DNA of 64,000 nt from Firmicutes bacterium CAG:345. GTDB taxonomy: Bacteria > Bacillota_I > Bacilli_A > RFN20 > CAG-288. Below are positions 40,057-50,869 of the stretch, piece by piece. Position 1 is the first letter of the stretch. Each line of letters starts with the position of its first letter. Made by a program: the position numbers and the translations under genes. The notes under the pieces are model-generated. The model ran no database searches. It had not been told where the DNA came from and saw only the letters and a list, made by a program, of their open reading frames with translations. The stretch lies in contig FR893375.1 in NCBI GenBank assembly GCA_000433315.1, positions 115,049 through 179,048 on the forward strand, read 5' to 3'.

Positions 40057-41094
40057 GTGATGCCTATCAAACAAAATAGACACGATCAAATATTGAAATT
40101 GATTGTTGAAGATTTTATTGATACTGCAGAACCAGTTGGATCAATGAACCTTCTAGAGAAATACAATCTCGATTGTTCAAGCGCAACTATTAGAAATGAT
40201 ATGATGCAACTTGAAAAAGAAGGTTTAATTGAAAAGACCCACCATTCTTCTGGTAGAGTTCCTTCAGCTAAAGGTTATCGCTATTACCTTGAACATATAA
40301 AAAATAGTGAACAAAGTTACGAAGTAGATGAAGAGTTCAAAAAAGAATTCGCACTAGTACTTCAAAAAAAGAGTCAAGCAGTTGAAGAAGTAATGGAAAA
40401 ATCATGTCAGATACTTTCTGAAATGACAAATCTAGCAACTATAGTTGTTGGACCCAAAGCTTCGCAAGACTTGCTCGCTTCGATCCAAGTAATTCCGCTT
40501 AACAGCAACACTGTCACAGCAATAATTGTTACTGATAAAGGATATGTTGAAAACAAAACATTCTCTATCAATGATCAAACATATGTAAATGACATTGTTC
40601 AAGCTGTTAAATTGATTAACAAAAGATTAGTTGGAACTCCTATTGAAGAACTAGCTGATAAGCTTAATTCGATTCGTCCTCTAATTAGTGACTTGCTCGG
40701 TGAAAGGACAAATATCATAATGGAAGCCTTTATGGAAGCCTTTATGAAATTCGCTCGCAAGCGTCTTGAAACCTTTGGTACCAGCAAACTACTTGAACTT
40801 CCTGAATATGAAAAAGAGAAAAACAATTTACTAAACGTTGTTAAATTTCTCGATAATCCTGAAAAGATCAATTCAGAAATTCAAAATCTAGATGATAGCA
40901 TCGAAGTAAAAGATGATGAGAACATGGCAATAGTAACTAAGAATGTTGATATCAATGGTCAAAATTCCGGAAAGATTGCTGTTGTTGGTCCTAAAAGAAT
41001 GAATTACAAAAAAATTCTTGCTTCACTTGAATATGTTGCTAAAACTCTTAAACAATACTACGAACAACAAGGAAAGGATGATGATGATGAGTAA
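40057..41094 (+). CDS. hrcA: Heat-inducible transcription repressor HrcA
   Basis: N-terminal winged-helix segment (ILKLIVEDFIDTAEPVGS, SSATIRNDM..LEKEGLI) and first position in the hrcA-grpE-dnaK-dnaJ operon. The start may be the ATG at 40060. Confidence 0.9.
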   Translation: MMPIKQNRHDQILKLIVEDFIDTAEPVGSMNLLEKYNLDCSSATIRNDMMQLEKEGLIEKTHHSSGRVPSAKGYRYYLEHIKNSEQSYEVDEEFKKEFALVLQKKSQAVEEVMEKSCQILSEMTNLATIVVGPKASQDLLASIQVIPLNSNTVTAIIVTDKGYVENKTFSINDQTYVNDIVQAVKLINKRLVGTPIEELADKLNSIRPLISDLLGERTNIIMEAFMEAFMKFARKRLETFGTSKLLELPEYEKEKNNLLNVVKFLDNPEKINSEIQNLDDSIEVKDDENMAIVTKNVDINGQNSGKIAVVGPKRMNYKKILASLEYVAKTLKQYYEQQGKDDDDE

Positions 41095-41731
41095 CGAAAA
41101 AGAAAAAGAAGAAGTAGAAGAAACTTCCGAAGAAGATACTGAAGAAAAAGTTTCTAAGAAAAAAGCTAAAAAGTATGAAGCTCGTATTGAAGAACTTGAA
41201 CAAAAACTTCTTGAAACAGAAAGTTCATTAAACAAAGAACTCATCAATGCCAAGGCAGAAAGTACAGCTTGGAAAAACAAATATTATGAAGCCTATGCCG
41301 ACTTAGATAATACCCGTAAAGTTCTAGAAAAAGATCACGCGGATATGATTAAGTATAGAGCAATGGGATTTATAGAAAAAATGCTTCCAATGCTCGACAA
41401 TTTCGAAATGGCTTTTAAAACTATCTCTGATGATCCAAAAATCAAGAATTATCAAACTGGTTTTAAAATGATTTATCGTCAATTAACCTCAGCTTTAACA
41501 GAAGAAGGAGTTGAAGTAATCGAGCCTAAAGTCGGAGATGAATTCGATCATAACACAATGGCAGCAATGTCAACTGTTCCTGGAGAAGAAGATAATAAAG
41601 TATCTTCAATATATCTAAAAGGATATAAATTAAAAGATCGTTTAGTAAGACCAGCGATGGTTATAGTTACTAAAGTCGAAGAAAAAAAACAAGAAGACAG
41701 TCAAGAAACTGTTGAAAATAAAGGAGAATAA
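41084..41731 (+). CDS. grpE: Nucleotide exchange factor GrpE
   Basis: Acidic coiled-coil N-terminus followed by a GrpE core ([35 protein letters not shown]). There are four consecutive ATGs (41078-41089) after GGAAAGG, so the exact start is ambiguous. Confidence 0.9.
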   Translation: MMSNEKEKEEVEETSEEDTEEKVSKKKAKKYEARIEELEQKLLETESSLNKELINAKAESTAWKNKYYEAYADLDNTRKVLEKDHADMIKYRAMGFIEKMLPMLDNFEMAFKTISDDPKIKNYQTGFKMIYRQLTSALTEEGVEVIEPKVGDEFDHNTMAAMSTVPGEEDNKVSSIYLKGYKLKDRLVRPAMVIVTKVEEKKQEDSQETVENKGE

Positions 41732-41736
41732 TTATT

Positions 41737-43572
41737 ATGGCAAAAGAAGTAATCTTAGGTATCGACTTAGGTACCACAAATTCAGTCGTATCTTATATGC
41801 AAGAGGATGGCGTTGTTAAAGTCATCCCTAATCCAGAAGGACACAATACCACACCTTCTGTAGTTGCTTTTAAAGCAAATGGCGAAGAAATAATCGGCGA
41901 TGCTGCTAAAAGACAAATCGTTACAAATTCTGATACTGTAGCATCCATTAAAAGAAAAATGGGTACTGCTGAAAAAGTTCATATCAATTGCATTAACAAG
42001 GATTTCACGCCACAAGAAATTTCTGCAAAAGTTCTTTCTTATATGAAATCTTATGCTGAAACTACTATTGGACATCCAGTTAAAAAAGCTGTTATTACAT
42101 GCCCTGCATACTTCAATGATGCTCAACGTCAAGCTACAAAAGATGCTGGTACAATCGCTGGTCTTGATGTAGTTCGTGTTATCAGTGAACCTACTGCTGC
42201 TGCTCTTGCTTATGGCATGGAAAACAAGAAAGAACAAAAAATTCTTGTCTATGATTTAGGTGGTGGTACATTCGATGTCTCCATCCTTGATATCGGCGAT
42301 GGTACATATGAAGTTATCTCTACATCTGGCGATGCTGCTTTAGGTGGTGATGACTGGGATCACGCAATTCAAAATTGGTTGCTTTCCGAAATCAAGAAAG
42401 AAACCGGTGTCGATCTTTCAAACAATAAAATGGCTCTCCAACGTCTTAAAGATGAAAGCGAAAAAGCTAAGATCACCTTATCTTCTTCATTCGAAGCTAT
42501 CATCACATTGCCTTATATTTCTGCAAACGAAAATGGTCCTATCAACTTTGAAACAACATTAAGCCGTGCTAAATTTGAAGATTTAACTCGTGACTTACTC
42601 CGCCGTACTGAAGATCCTGTAAGAAAAGCTCTTGATGATGCTAAACTTACACCTAACGATATCAACGAAGTATTGCTCATCGGTGGTTCTACAAGAATGC
42701 CTGCTGTTGTTGAATTAGTTAAAAGATTACTTGGAAAAACCCCTAACTGCTCAGTTAACCCTGATGAAGCTGTTTCTATCGGTGCTGCCGTTCAAGGTGG
42801 TGTTATTAGAGGAGATGTCAAAGATGTCTTATTACTCGATGTTACACCTTTAACACTTGGTATTGAAACAGAAGGTGGTGTCATGACTCCACTCATTTCA
42901 AGAAATACCACTATTCCTACAACAAAGAGTCAAGTCTTCTCAACAGCTGCAGATAATCAACCTGCTGTTGATATTGTAGTCTTCCAAGGTGAACGTCCAT
43001 TCACAAGAGATAATAAGATGCTCGGTTCCTTCCACCTTGATGGAATTCGTCCAGCACGTCGTGGTGTTCCACAAATTGAAGTAACATTTAACATCGATGT
43101 AAATGGTATTGTAAATGTTAAAGCAAAAGACCTCGATACTCAAAAAGAGCAACAAATTACAATTTCTGGATCCAATGGTCTTTCTAAAGAAGATATCGAT
43201 AGAATGGTCAAAGAAGCTGCTGAAAATAAGGAAGCTGATGACAAACGTAAGGAAGAAGTTGAAGTTCGTAATAGAGCTGAACAACTTATCCACTCAATCG
43301 ATGCATCATTAGAAGATGGTGGAGACAAGGTTTCCGAAAATGTCAAACAAGATGCAATTAAGATGAGAGATGAAGTAAAATCCTTACTTGAAAAGAACGA
43401 TATTGAAGCTTTAAAGACAAAATTAAATGAACTTGAAAGACAAGCTGCTTATGCTCAACAAGCTGCAGATCAAGCTAAATCTTCAAACTCTTCTAATACA
43501 AGCTCATCTTCTTCTAATAATGATGCAAAAGATGACAATGTTGTCGATGCTGACTTCACTGAAAAGAAATAA
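41737..43572 (+). CDS. dnaK: Molecular chaperone DnaK (Hsp70)
   Basis: [17 protein letters not shown] and [11 protein letters not shown] signatures. Confidence 0.98.
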   Translation: MAKEVILGIDLGTTNSVVSYMQEDGVVKVIPNPEGHNTTPSVVAFKANGEEIIGDAAKRQIVTNSDTVASIKRKMGTAEKVHINCINKDFTPQEISAKVLSYMKSYAETTIGHPVKKAVITCPAYFNDAQRQATKDAGTIAGLDVVRVISEPTAAALAYGMENKKEQKILVYDLGGGTFDVSILDIGDGTYEVISTSGDAALGGDDWDHAIQNWLLSEIKKETGVDLSNNKMALQRLKDESEKAKITLSSSFEAIITLPYISANENGPINFETTLSRAKFEDLTRDLLRRTEDPVRKALDDAKLTPNDINEVLLIGGSTRMPAVVELVKRLLGKTPNCSVNPDEAVSIGAAVQGGVIRGDVKDVLLLDVTPLTLGIETEGGVMTPLISRNTTIPTTKSQVFSTAADNQPAVDIVVFQGERPFTRDNKMLGSFHLDGIRPARRGVPQIEVTFNIDVNGIVNVKAKDLDTQKEQQITISGSNGLSKEDIDRMVKEAAENKEADDKRKEEVEVRNRAEQLIHSIDASLEDGGDKVSENVKQDAIKMRDEVKSLLEKNDIEALKTKLNELERQAAYAQQAADQAKSSNSSNTSSSSSNNDAKDDNVVDADFTEKK

Positions 43573-43586
43573 AAAATATCTAAATC

Positions 43587-43616
43587 AAACCGAGGATTTC
43601 TCCTCGGTTTCTTGTG
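43587..43616 (+). terminator. Hairpin between dnaK and dnaJ (partial terminator/attenuator)
   Basis: Perfect 10-bp stem AAACCGAGGA/TCCTCGGTTT with only a short, interrupted T tract. Confidence 0.5.
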
Positions 43617-43638
43617 TTAATAGAAAGGAGGCGCCTAA

Positions 43639-44775
43639 ATGGCCAATAAAGATTATTATGCAACACTAGGGGTCAATAAAGACGCCAGCGCTGATGAGAT
43701 TAAAAAAGCTTATCGTACTCTCGCAAAAAAATATCACCCAGATTTGAATAAAGAACCTGGTGCCGAACAAAAATTTAAAGAAATTCAAGAAGCATACGAT
43801 GTTTTATCCGATGATCAAAAAAGGAAAACGTACGATCAATTCGGATCAGCAGCTTTTGACGGATCAGCAGGTGGAGCAGGATTTAATGGTTTTAATGGAT
43901 TCCAAGGCTCCTTCCAAGACTTTGATATGGATGATATCTTTTCTCAGATATTTGGTGGTGGGAGAAGAAGACAATCAAGAGCAGATGCTAATAGACCAGT
44001 AAGAGGTGAAGATCAACTCACAAGAGTTGTAATAAACTTTATGGATTCTATCAACGGATGCATCGTTACTATACCTGTAGAATATGATGAACGTTGTGAT
44101 TATTGTGGTGGCACAGGTGCTAAAACACCTCAAGATATTGAAACTTGCCCTACCTGTGGTGGTACAGGTCAAGTCAATAAAAGAGTACAGAGTTTCCTTG
44201 GCACAATAGAACAAAGAACTGTATGTCCAGATTGTCATGGTACAGGTAAACATGTAAAGAATAAATGTCCTCACTGCAATGGTAATGGCTATACACATGT
44301 AAAAACCAAAATTGAAATCAATCTCCCTGCTGGTATTAGCAACGGACAACAAGTCCGTGTTCCTGGACGCGGTGGACGCGGTATCAATGGTGGCGAAAAT
44401 GGCGATTTATATGTTGAAATTGCTGTTAATGAATCACAAGTATTCGAAAGAAAAGGAAATGATATCTACATATCTGTTCCTCTTTCTATAGCTGATGCCT
44501 CATTAGGATGTACAATTGATGTTCAAACTGTTTACGGAGAAGCTGAACTTAAAATACCTGCTGGTATTCAACAAGGAACGTTGCTTCGTATGCGTGGAAA
44601 AGGTGTAAAGAAAGGTGCAATCTTCGGAGATCAATATGTTAAAGTTGATATTAAGATTCCAAAGAATCTTTCCGAAGAGCAAAAAAACCTTCTAAGACAG
44701 TTCCAAGATATTGAAGAAAGAAAACCAGTTCATGAAAGCTGGTTTGATAAAATTAAAAAACATTTTAACAAATAA
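43639..44775 (+). CDS. dnaJ: Co-chaperone DnaJ
   Basis: J domain with HPD (KYHPDLN), a G/F-rich region, and four CxxCxGxG zinc-finger repeats. Confidence 0.97.
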   Translation: MANKDYYATLGVNKDASADEIKKAYRTLAKKYHPDLNKEPGAEQKFKEIQEAYDVLSDDQKRKTYDQFGSAAFDGSAGGAGFNGFNGFQGSFQDFDMDDIFSQIFGGGRRRQSRADANRPVRGEDQLTRVVINFMDSINGCIVTIPVEYDERCDYCGGTGAKTPQDIETCPTCGGTGQVNKRVQSFLGTIEQRTVCPDCHGTGKHVKNKCPHCNGNGYTHVKTKIEINLPAGISNGQQVRVPGRGGRGINGGENGDLYVEIAVNESQVFERKGNDIYISVPLSIADASLGCTIDVQTVYGEAELKIPAGIQQGTLLRMRGKGVKKGAIFGDQYVKVDIKIPKNLSEEQKNLLRQFQDIEERKPVHESWFDKIKKHFNK

Positions 44776-44782
44776 AAATAAA

Positions 44783-44826
44783 GAATTGCTAAAAACTTAA
44801 ACAAGTTTATCAGCAATCCTTTTTTA
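44783..44826. terminator. Terminator hairpin after dnaJ, between convergent genes
   Basis: ATTGCT..AAACTT-TAAAC-AAGTTT..AGCAAT followed by a T run. Confidence 0.6.
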
Positions 44827-45621
44827 ATTTTTGTATTTAATATTAAAATCACCATTAACTGTACTAAATGAAATATAAGGACATTTCTCGTTTTCACAAA
44901 TAGTACAAGAATTATGCATTTTACCAGTTACCTTTTCATAATTATAAGAAAAAGAGACACCATAAGGCATAACAAAATCCAAATCACCATTAACTGTTTC
45001 AATATAATATAAATTTTGTTCATTCATTTTACTAAAAGAACTCGCATCGATAACCACATTTCCAGAAAAAACCGATATATCCATATTTTTTGAATAACTA
45101 AATTCTGATATTTCAACATAAGAACTTCCTGAATTTATAAATAAATCATTCTTATATTCTTTTAAATTACAATATACTTCTCCGTTTAGAGTTTCCAAAT
45201 TATATTTTCCATTGAACCAGTTTGGAATATATATATCCACGAAACTATCATTATCAATTAAAAAATCTAAACTCAGCCAATCGATTGCGCGATTTTTTTC
45301 GACTATATAAAATGGTTTTTCAATAGAAGGAAAGAAAATTCTTTTTTCATCTATCGCATAAGTATAATTGATAATTAAATTTTCATCTTCTGATTCAAAC
45401 AAACGAATATTTCCTGATTTTATCGATATTTCAATATCTTCTAAAACAACTTTATTATTCTTTAAATTTTCTTCATTTATAACAAATTGCTTTGTCTTTT
45501 TTTCAGCTTTAGTAAATCTACGAAAAACACCACCTTGAGCCATTCCTACTCCCAAGGTTATACTTCCGCCTATTACAGCTACTAATCCAACAATACAAAA
45601 GATTTTACTAACTCTATTCAT
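44824..45621 (-). CDS. DUF4097-like beta-strand repeat protein with an N-terminal membrane anchor
   Basis: An N-terminal TM helix, then repeated G-N/D-V/I...short-strand units (SGNIRL, NGEVY, SGNVVI, NGDLDF, NGDFNI) typical of DUF4097. Confidence 0.55.
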   Translation of the reverse strand: MNRVSKIFCIVGLVAVIGGSITLGVGMAQGGVFRRFTKAEKKTKQFVINEENLKNNKVVLEDIEISIKSGNIRLFESEDENLIINYTYAIDEKRIFFPSIEKPFYIVEKNRAIDWLSLDFLIDNDSFVDIYIPNWFNGKYNLETLNGEVYCNLKEYKNDLFINSGSSYVEISEFSYSKNMDISVFSGNVVIDASSFSKMNEQNLYYIETVNGDLDFVMPYGVSFSYNYEKVTGKMHNSCTICENEKCPYISFSTVNGDFNIKYKN

Positions 45622-46481
45622 TGATTAATAGCTCCTTTTTTTCCAAGCATAATATATCTTTTTACAAAAAATCTTGAATGAATACTTTTTATACTTCCCA
45701 AAAGTATTCCTAAAGATATGCCAAAAGATAAAAATATAGCCCCAAAAATCAAGAGAATATATCCTACATCCACAAGCAATTGTCCACCTTTAGCAGGACT
45801 ATTGAGAAAATAATAAATACTAGAAAAAATGGTCATGATCAATGCTCCAGCAGAAGCTAATGTCAAAGCTACACCAATCAAAACAAAAAAAGACATCATT
45901 AAAGCAAACATAAAATTAGTTAAAAAAGAATGTCTTTCAGCTCTAGTATAATATTTCATATTCAAATCCATTTGATCATAATCTTTTAATAATGGATTAG
46001 CTATTGCTTTTTCTTCATTTAATAAACGCGCTTTACGAAATTTTAATATTTTTTGATTGCGCTCATCTTTAACAATCAATCTTTTTTCTTGGATATTTTT
46101 TTCAAAATTTAAGCATTCAATTTCACTTAAAGCCGCTTTTCTTTTTTTTGTTTGCATAGAAAAAGAATCAAAAAAAACTCCTATATTATTTCCTATATTA
46201 TTAAAAAATAAAAGAGATTTCTTTTCATCTTCATCAAAAGCTTTTTTTAAAAGTTCATTCTCTTCATTCTTTTTAATTTCATCTTCCATTTCTAAATAAA
46301 ATGCTACAACAAATGCTGCTTTGTCTATCGGATCTGAAAAAATATTTTCTACATTATCTAAATCTTTAGGATTTAATTTATTATATTGCTCATCAAAATA
46401 CGCTAAAGTTTCTTTTTCTTCTTTTATAGGTAATAAATAAAGATATTTTTTAAATGTATTTTTCCATTCAATATAATTCAT
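45618..46481 (-). CDS. DUF1700/HAAS-like membrane protein
   Basis: An N-terminal YLLPIKEEKETLAYFDEQY resembles the HAAS/DUF1700 opening motif. C-terminal TM helices. It overlaps the downstream DUF4097 gene by 4 nt. The start is set at the internal MNYIEW. Confidence 0.45.
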   Translation of the reverse strand: MNYIEWKNTFKKYLYLLPIKEEKETLAYFDEQYNKLNPKDLDNVENIFSDPIDKAAFVVAFYLEMEDEIKKNEENELLKKAFDEDEKKSLLFFNNIGNNIGVFFDSFSMQTKKRKAALSEIECLNFEKNIQEKRLIVKDERNQKILKFRKARLLNEEKAIANPLLKDYDQMDLNMKYYTRAERHSFLTNFMFALMMSFFVLIGVALTLASAGALIMTIFSSIYYFLNSPAKGGQLLVDVGYILLIFGAIFLSFGISLGILLGSIKSIHSRFFVKRYIMLGKKGAINQ

Positions 46482-46624
46482 AAGTAAATATATTATAATG
46501 CACTTATAAAAAATGAACAACTACTCAAAAATAGTTTAAACAATTTATAAATAAAAAATTAAATTGTTTCATTATATTTTTATATATTTATTAATTAATT
46601 TCATATAATATTAATATATTATTG

Positions 46625-46653
46625 TTGACAAAATCAAAATTAAATTATATAGT
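46625..46653 (+). promoter_or_regulatory. Sigma-A type promoter of the FMN riboswitch-ribU unit
   Basis: TTGACA (46625-46630), 17-nt spacer, TATAGT (46648-46653). Confidence 0.7.
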
Positions 46654-46654
46654 A

Positions 46655-46825
46655 TTCTTGCTTCAGGGTTGGGTGAAATTCCCACTCGGCGGTAAACCCC
46701 GCGACTCATTGAATAATGACTGATAAGGTGAAATTCCTTAGGCGACAGTAAAGGCTGGTATAAAGAGGCTATATAAATTATAACTTTAAATTCTCCTGAA
46801 GTTTTGTCAATGGAAGGAGATTTTT
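46655..46825 (+). promoter_or_regulatory. FMN riboswitch (RFN element) with a probable RBS-sequestering platform
   Basis: CAGGGTTGGGTGAAATTCCCACTCGGCGGTAAACCCCGCGA and GGTGAAATTCCTTAGGCGACAGTAAAGGCTGG match conserved RFN cores. TCTCCT (46792-46797) can pair with the AGGAGA RBS (46815-46820). Confidence 0.9.
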
Positions 46826-46827
46826 TT

Positions 46828-47574
46828 ATGGCAAAACTTGCAAAATCTACAACATTCAATCGTCGAAAACTAATTTTCAACATTTCCACAACAGCTATTC
46901 TTTCTGCTCTTGGTGCTGTTTTAATGATAATTGGTCATTATCTACCATATCCTATCGCACCATTTTTAAAATTAGAGCCTTCTGATACTGTTGTAATTGT
47001 CGCTTATGCAATATGCGGTTTTCCTTCAGCTTTTTGTACGGCAATAATTAAAACCTTATTAGACTTTTTAATCAATGGCCCTACTGGTGCTTATGCAATT
47101 GGACAAATTATTGCTTTGACTACATCGATGTGCTATGTCTTAGGAATTTACCTTTGCTCCAGTGTTTTCAAATTTTTCAAAAAAGGTCTTCCATATAGAA
47201 TTTTATCCTATGTTATTACAATCGCTATTGTCAGTACAGTAATGACATTATTAAATTATCTTATTTTTACTCCAATATTCTTAACAGGTAGATTTACAAC
47301 ATTCTTAGATCCTCAATTTCAAGGAATTTTTGAAAATGGTGCTATTCCATTTAAAGGACCATTTATCGTTGTTATAATTTGCTTATATTTACCTTTTAAC
47401 TTGCTCAAAGGTTTAATTGTATGTGCCTTTTATGAATTAGTATTTAACAGATTAATATTCAAATATTTTAAACAGAGTAATTTTTACGAAAAAATTCAAA
47501 AACCAGTTGTTGTCAATGATGATACACAAAATGACACTGACAATCAAAACAATAATACAAATTTAGAAAATTAA
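46828..47574 (+). CDS. ribU: Riboflavin ECF transporter S component RibU
   Basis: Multi-TM S-component-like protein directly downstream of the FMN riboswitch. The start is set at the ATG after GGAAGGAGA. Confidence 0.75.
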   Translation: MAKLAKSTTFNRRKLIFNISTTAILSALGAVLMIIGHYLPYPIAPFLKLEPSDTVVIVAYAICGFPSAFCTAIIKTLLDFLINGPTGAYAIGQIIALTTSMCYVLGIYLCSSVFKFFKKGLPYRILSYVITIAIVSTVMTLLNYLIFTPIFLTGRFTTFLDPQFQGIFENGAIPFKGPFIVVIICLYLPFNLLKGLIVCAFYELVFNRLIFKYFKQSNFYEKIQKPVVVNDDTQNDTDNQNNNTNLEN

Positions 47575-47601
47575 TATTCCCATAAAAGTATTTCCCACAA
47601 A

Positions 47602-47640
47602 AAAAGTTAAGAATCTCACTAAGAGAAACTTAACTTTTTA
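47602..47640. terminator. Bidirectional terminator between convergent ribU and the GGDEF-EAL gene
   Basis: AAAAGTTAAG / CTTAACTTTT stem flanked by A and T runs. Confidence 0.65.
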
Positions 47641-50600
47641 TTTGTTATTTTTATCAAGATTATATTTATATTCTGTAAATGGTTCTGGTTTAGAATAATA
47701 GAAACCTTGTATTGCATCACAGTTATTCTTCTTCAAGAATTCAACCTGACTAATATCTTCTATACCTTCAGCAACAACCTGTTTTCCTAATTCATGGCAA
47801 AGATTAATAATTGAAGCAACAATTGTTTTTGCCTTATCATCAAACCCATTTCTGCCTTTAAAGAAAGCTTGATCCAATTTAATAACATCAAAATCAAACT
47901 CTTTTAACATATTTAATGACGAATATCCACTTCCAAAATCATCAATAGAACATGTGCTGCCAAACTTATGAATCTCATTGATAACACAAATCAAAATATT
48001 TTTGCTTTCATATGCCATACTTTCAGTAAGTTCAAACTCAACTAAGTCTGGTGAAATATTATATTTTCTCATGATATCAAAATATTGATTCAGGAAATTA
48101 TTATGTAATAAATGACTTCTCGAAACATTTACACTGATGCGCAAAGGTTTTCCACCCAAGGATAATATCTCATTTAAATCCTGACATACTCGTTCGAAAA
48201 CATATAAATCAACTTTGATGACAAAGCCATTTTTCTCAAATAAAGGAATAAACACTCCTGGCAATATCATTCCATGAATAGGATCAATCCATCTAACAAG
48301 TGCTTCAGCACCATACCATGTATCATCTTTTATATTCTTTTTCATCTGATAATATACATGGAATTGATTTTCTTTTAAGGCATTGTCTTGTTTATGTTCA
48401 ATATCAAATGTCATGGCATCGGTTTCTTCCCAAGTTTCATCGAAGAAATTAATACCATCATTGCTATAAAAGTCTTTAATTGCCATTTGTGCAACATGAG
48501 CTCTATCGGTATAAACCGCAATGTTAGATTTACTATCAGTTATTTTGTAAACTCCTTGAGTAACAACAATTTCAAAAAGATAATTAGTATTGATTTTATC
48601 TTTAATTTTATTTGAAATATTGATTAATCTTTTCTTAATAATATTTTCATCAAATTCATTCATCAAAATTGCAAATCTATCAGAAATTACATGACACACC
48701 AATTCCATAGGAGTTAATTCATTTTCGATAATTTCAAAAACATCTTTTAAAACATCATTTGATTCATTTTGACCTAAATTTTCAACTAAGAATTTAAAAT
48801 GTTTTATATTTAAATAAACTATACAATAAGTATTTTCCGAATCCTGAAACAATAATTTTTCAGCATCAATTTTAAATCTCTCATAATTAATATCCTTGGT
48901 AATAGGATCTATATAAGTAAGAGTTTGCATCTTCGTTCTCAATCTATTAAATAAAGTAGTTAATATAAATATAATTATAGAAATCAATACAAACAAACTA
49001 TTAATAACAACTTCAGTAAAATTAAATGCCTGAACAATATCATTCAAAACAACACTAGAAGGAACAGTAATAAACAAATACCAATCACCGATTAAAACAG
49101 GTGAATAAAATGAAATATATTCTATATAGTCTATCGTTATATTTGATACGCCATTATTTTTTTGTTCAAAATTAGTTATTATTTCATTAGTAATATCTTT
49201 TCCATTATAATTATCCCAAGCATTGAAAATATTATTAGTGCCATGAAAAACATCAGTAACCAATTCACTAGAAGCAGAATTAACTATAATTGTTCCGTCT
49301 TTTTTTACCAAGCTAAAATATGGTGTTCCACTAAAAGCAGTCGAATTAAGTATTTTTGCAAAATTTTCAATAGGAAGTAAACCAACTATACCAGCTATTT
49401 TAGTATTATCATCATTGAATACATTAAATTGAATTTGATGTTCACCAAATGGAATAGCAAAAACAATTCTTTCTCCAACATAATTAATATAATATGTTCC
49501 AATATATTCTTCATCTCTAGCAATTACATAATCTGCTAGTTCAGAAGAAGAAACATTATATTCTATTCCATCTCTATAATATAAGTCACCAGATTCTAAA
49601 AGCAAACTGACAGAACAACCATCAATTTGTTGTTCCAAAACAGTTAATGCCTGGCTTAAAAGATAATTCGCATTACTTGCATCAGTATCAATATTAGATA
49701 TTATATTTTCTGTAACTTTAAGTTGACCAATCCAGTTATTTATATTTGATAAAATATTGCTTTCAATCTGGCTTGAAATATCTTGCATGACAGTATGAGC
49801 TTCATTTTTTGTTCTTTCTTCAAAGCTTTTAGAATAAAAACTACTAATAACCATCGAAAAAACAATTAGAATCAACAAAGCTGCTAAAGCAAAAACACTA
49901 TTGAAGATTTTCTTAGAACGCAATTCTTTACGGAATAAACGAGAATTTTTTCTTTGTAACTTTTTATTATTCTTTTGTACTTTTTTCTTTAAATTGTTCT
50001 TTTGCTGATTTCTATGACTATAAAATTCGCCTGTTGAAAAATAAGCAGTGTTTTTACCCATATGTTTTGCTTTATAAAGAGCGTGATCAGCTCTTTCAAA
50101 AGCGGTTGACATCTTAAATTCACCTGCTTCAATTTTTGTTATACCTAAACTACAAGTAACAACAATTTGAGCAAGATTTTTTCCTTCTGAATAATCTAAT
50201 CTTATATCTAGAATTTTCTCAACAATATCCATAAGATATTCCTTGCTGATATTTCTTAAATACAAAACAAATTCATCGCCACCATAACGTCCAACAATTT
50301 GGTCTTTTCCAATATTATTGATCATTCCAGAAATATTTTTTAAATATGTATCACCAGCAATATGTCCTAAAGTATCATTTGCAATTTTAAAATTATCTAA
50401 ATCAATAACGATTAAATAATCATTACTGATCATATTTCTCATTGCATTTTCACATTCTTTTATCAAAGAACCACGAGATAAAACACCTGTTAAATAATCA
50501 CGCGAAAGTTGATCTTTATTAGAGTTGATAAGTTGAACTTTATAAATTTCGCAATAAGCAGAATCATCTTCGTTTTTTTGAAAAATAAATCTGATGATAT

Positions 50601-50850
50601 TAATTCCATCATCAGAAATATAAGTGGCCATTTGACTTGTACCAACTTTTAAAGAAATAGATTTTTCAATTAATTCATCAAAAGTAGAATAGGTGAAATC
50701 ACTTTCGATTACACCTATTCTTTTACTTGAAAAATAGCATTGGAAAAATTCAGCATAAGACATAGCCGAAACTTTATCATCTTCGACTATGATCATTTGC
50801 CGCTTAAAGTTAATATTAAACTTAAGAATAATTTTTCCTTCTTCAATCAT
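47638..50850 (-). CDS. Membrane c-di-GMP enzyme: N-terminal GGDEF, TM, extracytoplasmic sensor, TM, degenerate GGDEF, EAL
   Basis: The first domain has an intact GGDEF (RYGGDEFVLYL, nt about 50272-50286). Two TM helices flank about 270 aa. The second GGDEF-like domain has SDRF in place of GGDEF. The EAL domain has EALVRW, DDFGSGYSSL and EGIE. Confidence 0.85.
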   Translation of the reverse strand: MIEEGKIILKFNINFKRQMIIVEDDKVSAMSYAEFFQCYFSSKRIGVIESDFTYSTFDELIEKSISLKVGTSQMATYISDDGINIIRFIFQKNEDDSAYCEIYKVQLINSNKDQLSRDYLTGVLSRGSLIKECENAMRNMISNDYLIVIDLDNFKIANDTLGHIAGDTYLKNISGMINNIGKDQIVGRYGGDEFVLYLRNISKEYLMDIVEKILDIRLDYSEGKNLAQIVVTCSLGITKIEAGEFKMSTAFERADHALYKAKHMGKNTAYFSTGEFYSHRNQQKNNLKKKVQKNNKKLQRKNSRLFRKELRSKKIFNSVFALAALLILIVFSMVISSFYSKSFEERTKNEAHTVMQDISSQIESNILSNINNWIGQLKVTENIISNIDTDASNANYLLSQALTVLEQQIDGCSVSLLLESGDLYYRDGIEYNVSSSELADYVIARDEEYIGTYYINYVGERIVFAIPFGEHQIQFNVFNDDNTKIAGIVGLLPIENFAKILNSTAFSGTPYFSLVKKDGTIIVNSASSELVTDVFHGTNNIFNAWDNYNGKDITNEIITNFEQKNNGVSNITIDYIEYISFYSPVLIGDWYLFITVPSSVVLNDIVQAFNFTEVVINSLFVLISIIIFILTTLFNRLRTKMQTLTYIDPITKDINYERFKIDAEKLLFQDSENTYCIVYLNIKHFKFLVENLGQNESNDVLKDVFEIIENELTPMELVCHVISDRFAILMNEFDENIIKKRLINISNKIKDKINTNYLFEIVVTQGVYKITDSKSNIAVYTDRAHVAQMAIKDFYSNDGINFFDETWEETDAMTFDIEHKQDNALKENQFHVYYQMKKNIKDDTWYGAEALVRWIDPIHGMILPGVFIPLFEKNGFVIKVDLYVFERVCQDLNEILSLGGKPLRISVNVSRSHLLHNNFLNQYFDIMRKYNISPDLVEFELTESMAYESKNILICVINEIHKFGSTCSIDDFGSGYSSLNMLKEFDFDVIKLDQAFFKGRNGFDDKAKTIVASIINLCHELGKQVVAEGIEDISQVEFLKKNNCDAIQGFYYSKPEPFTEYKYNLDKNNK

Positions 50851-50869
50851 TTAAAATCCTCTTAAAATA

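Noticed and set aside
41782-42237. 151-aa antisense ORF inside dnaK, plus many similar 60-125-aa ORFs inside prfA, gatA/B, dnaJ, the permease, nrdD and others
   Set aside because: They are shadow ORFs opposite or out of frame within confidently identified genes. They have low-complexity or odd composition and no RBS.
46611-46889. 92-aa minus-strand ORF
   Set aside because: It is antisense to the FMN riboswitch and to the ribU RBS and start. The conserved RFN motifs explain the sequence.
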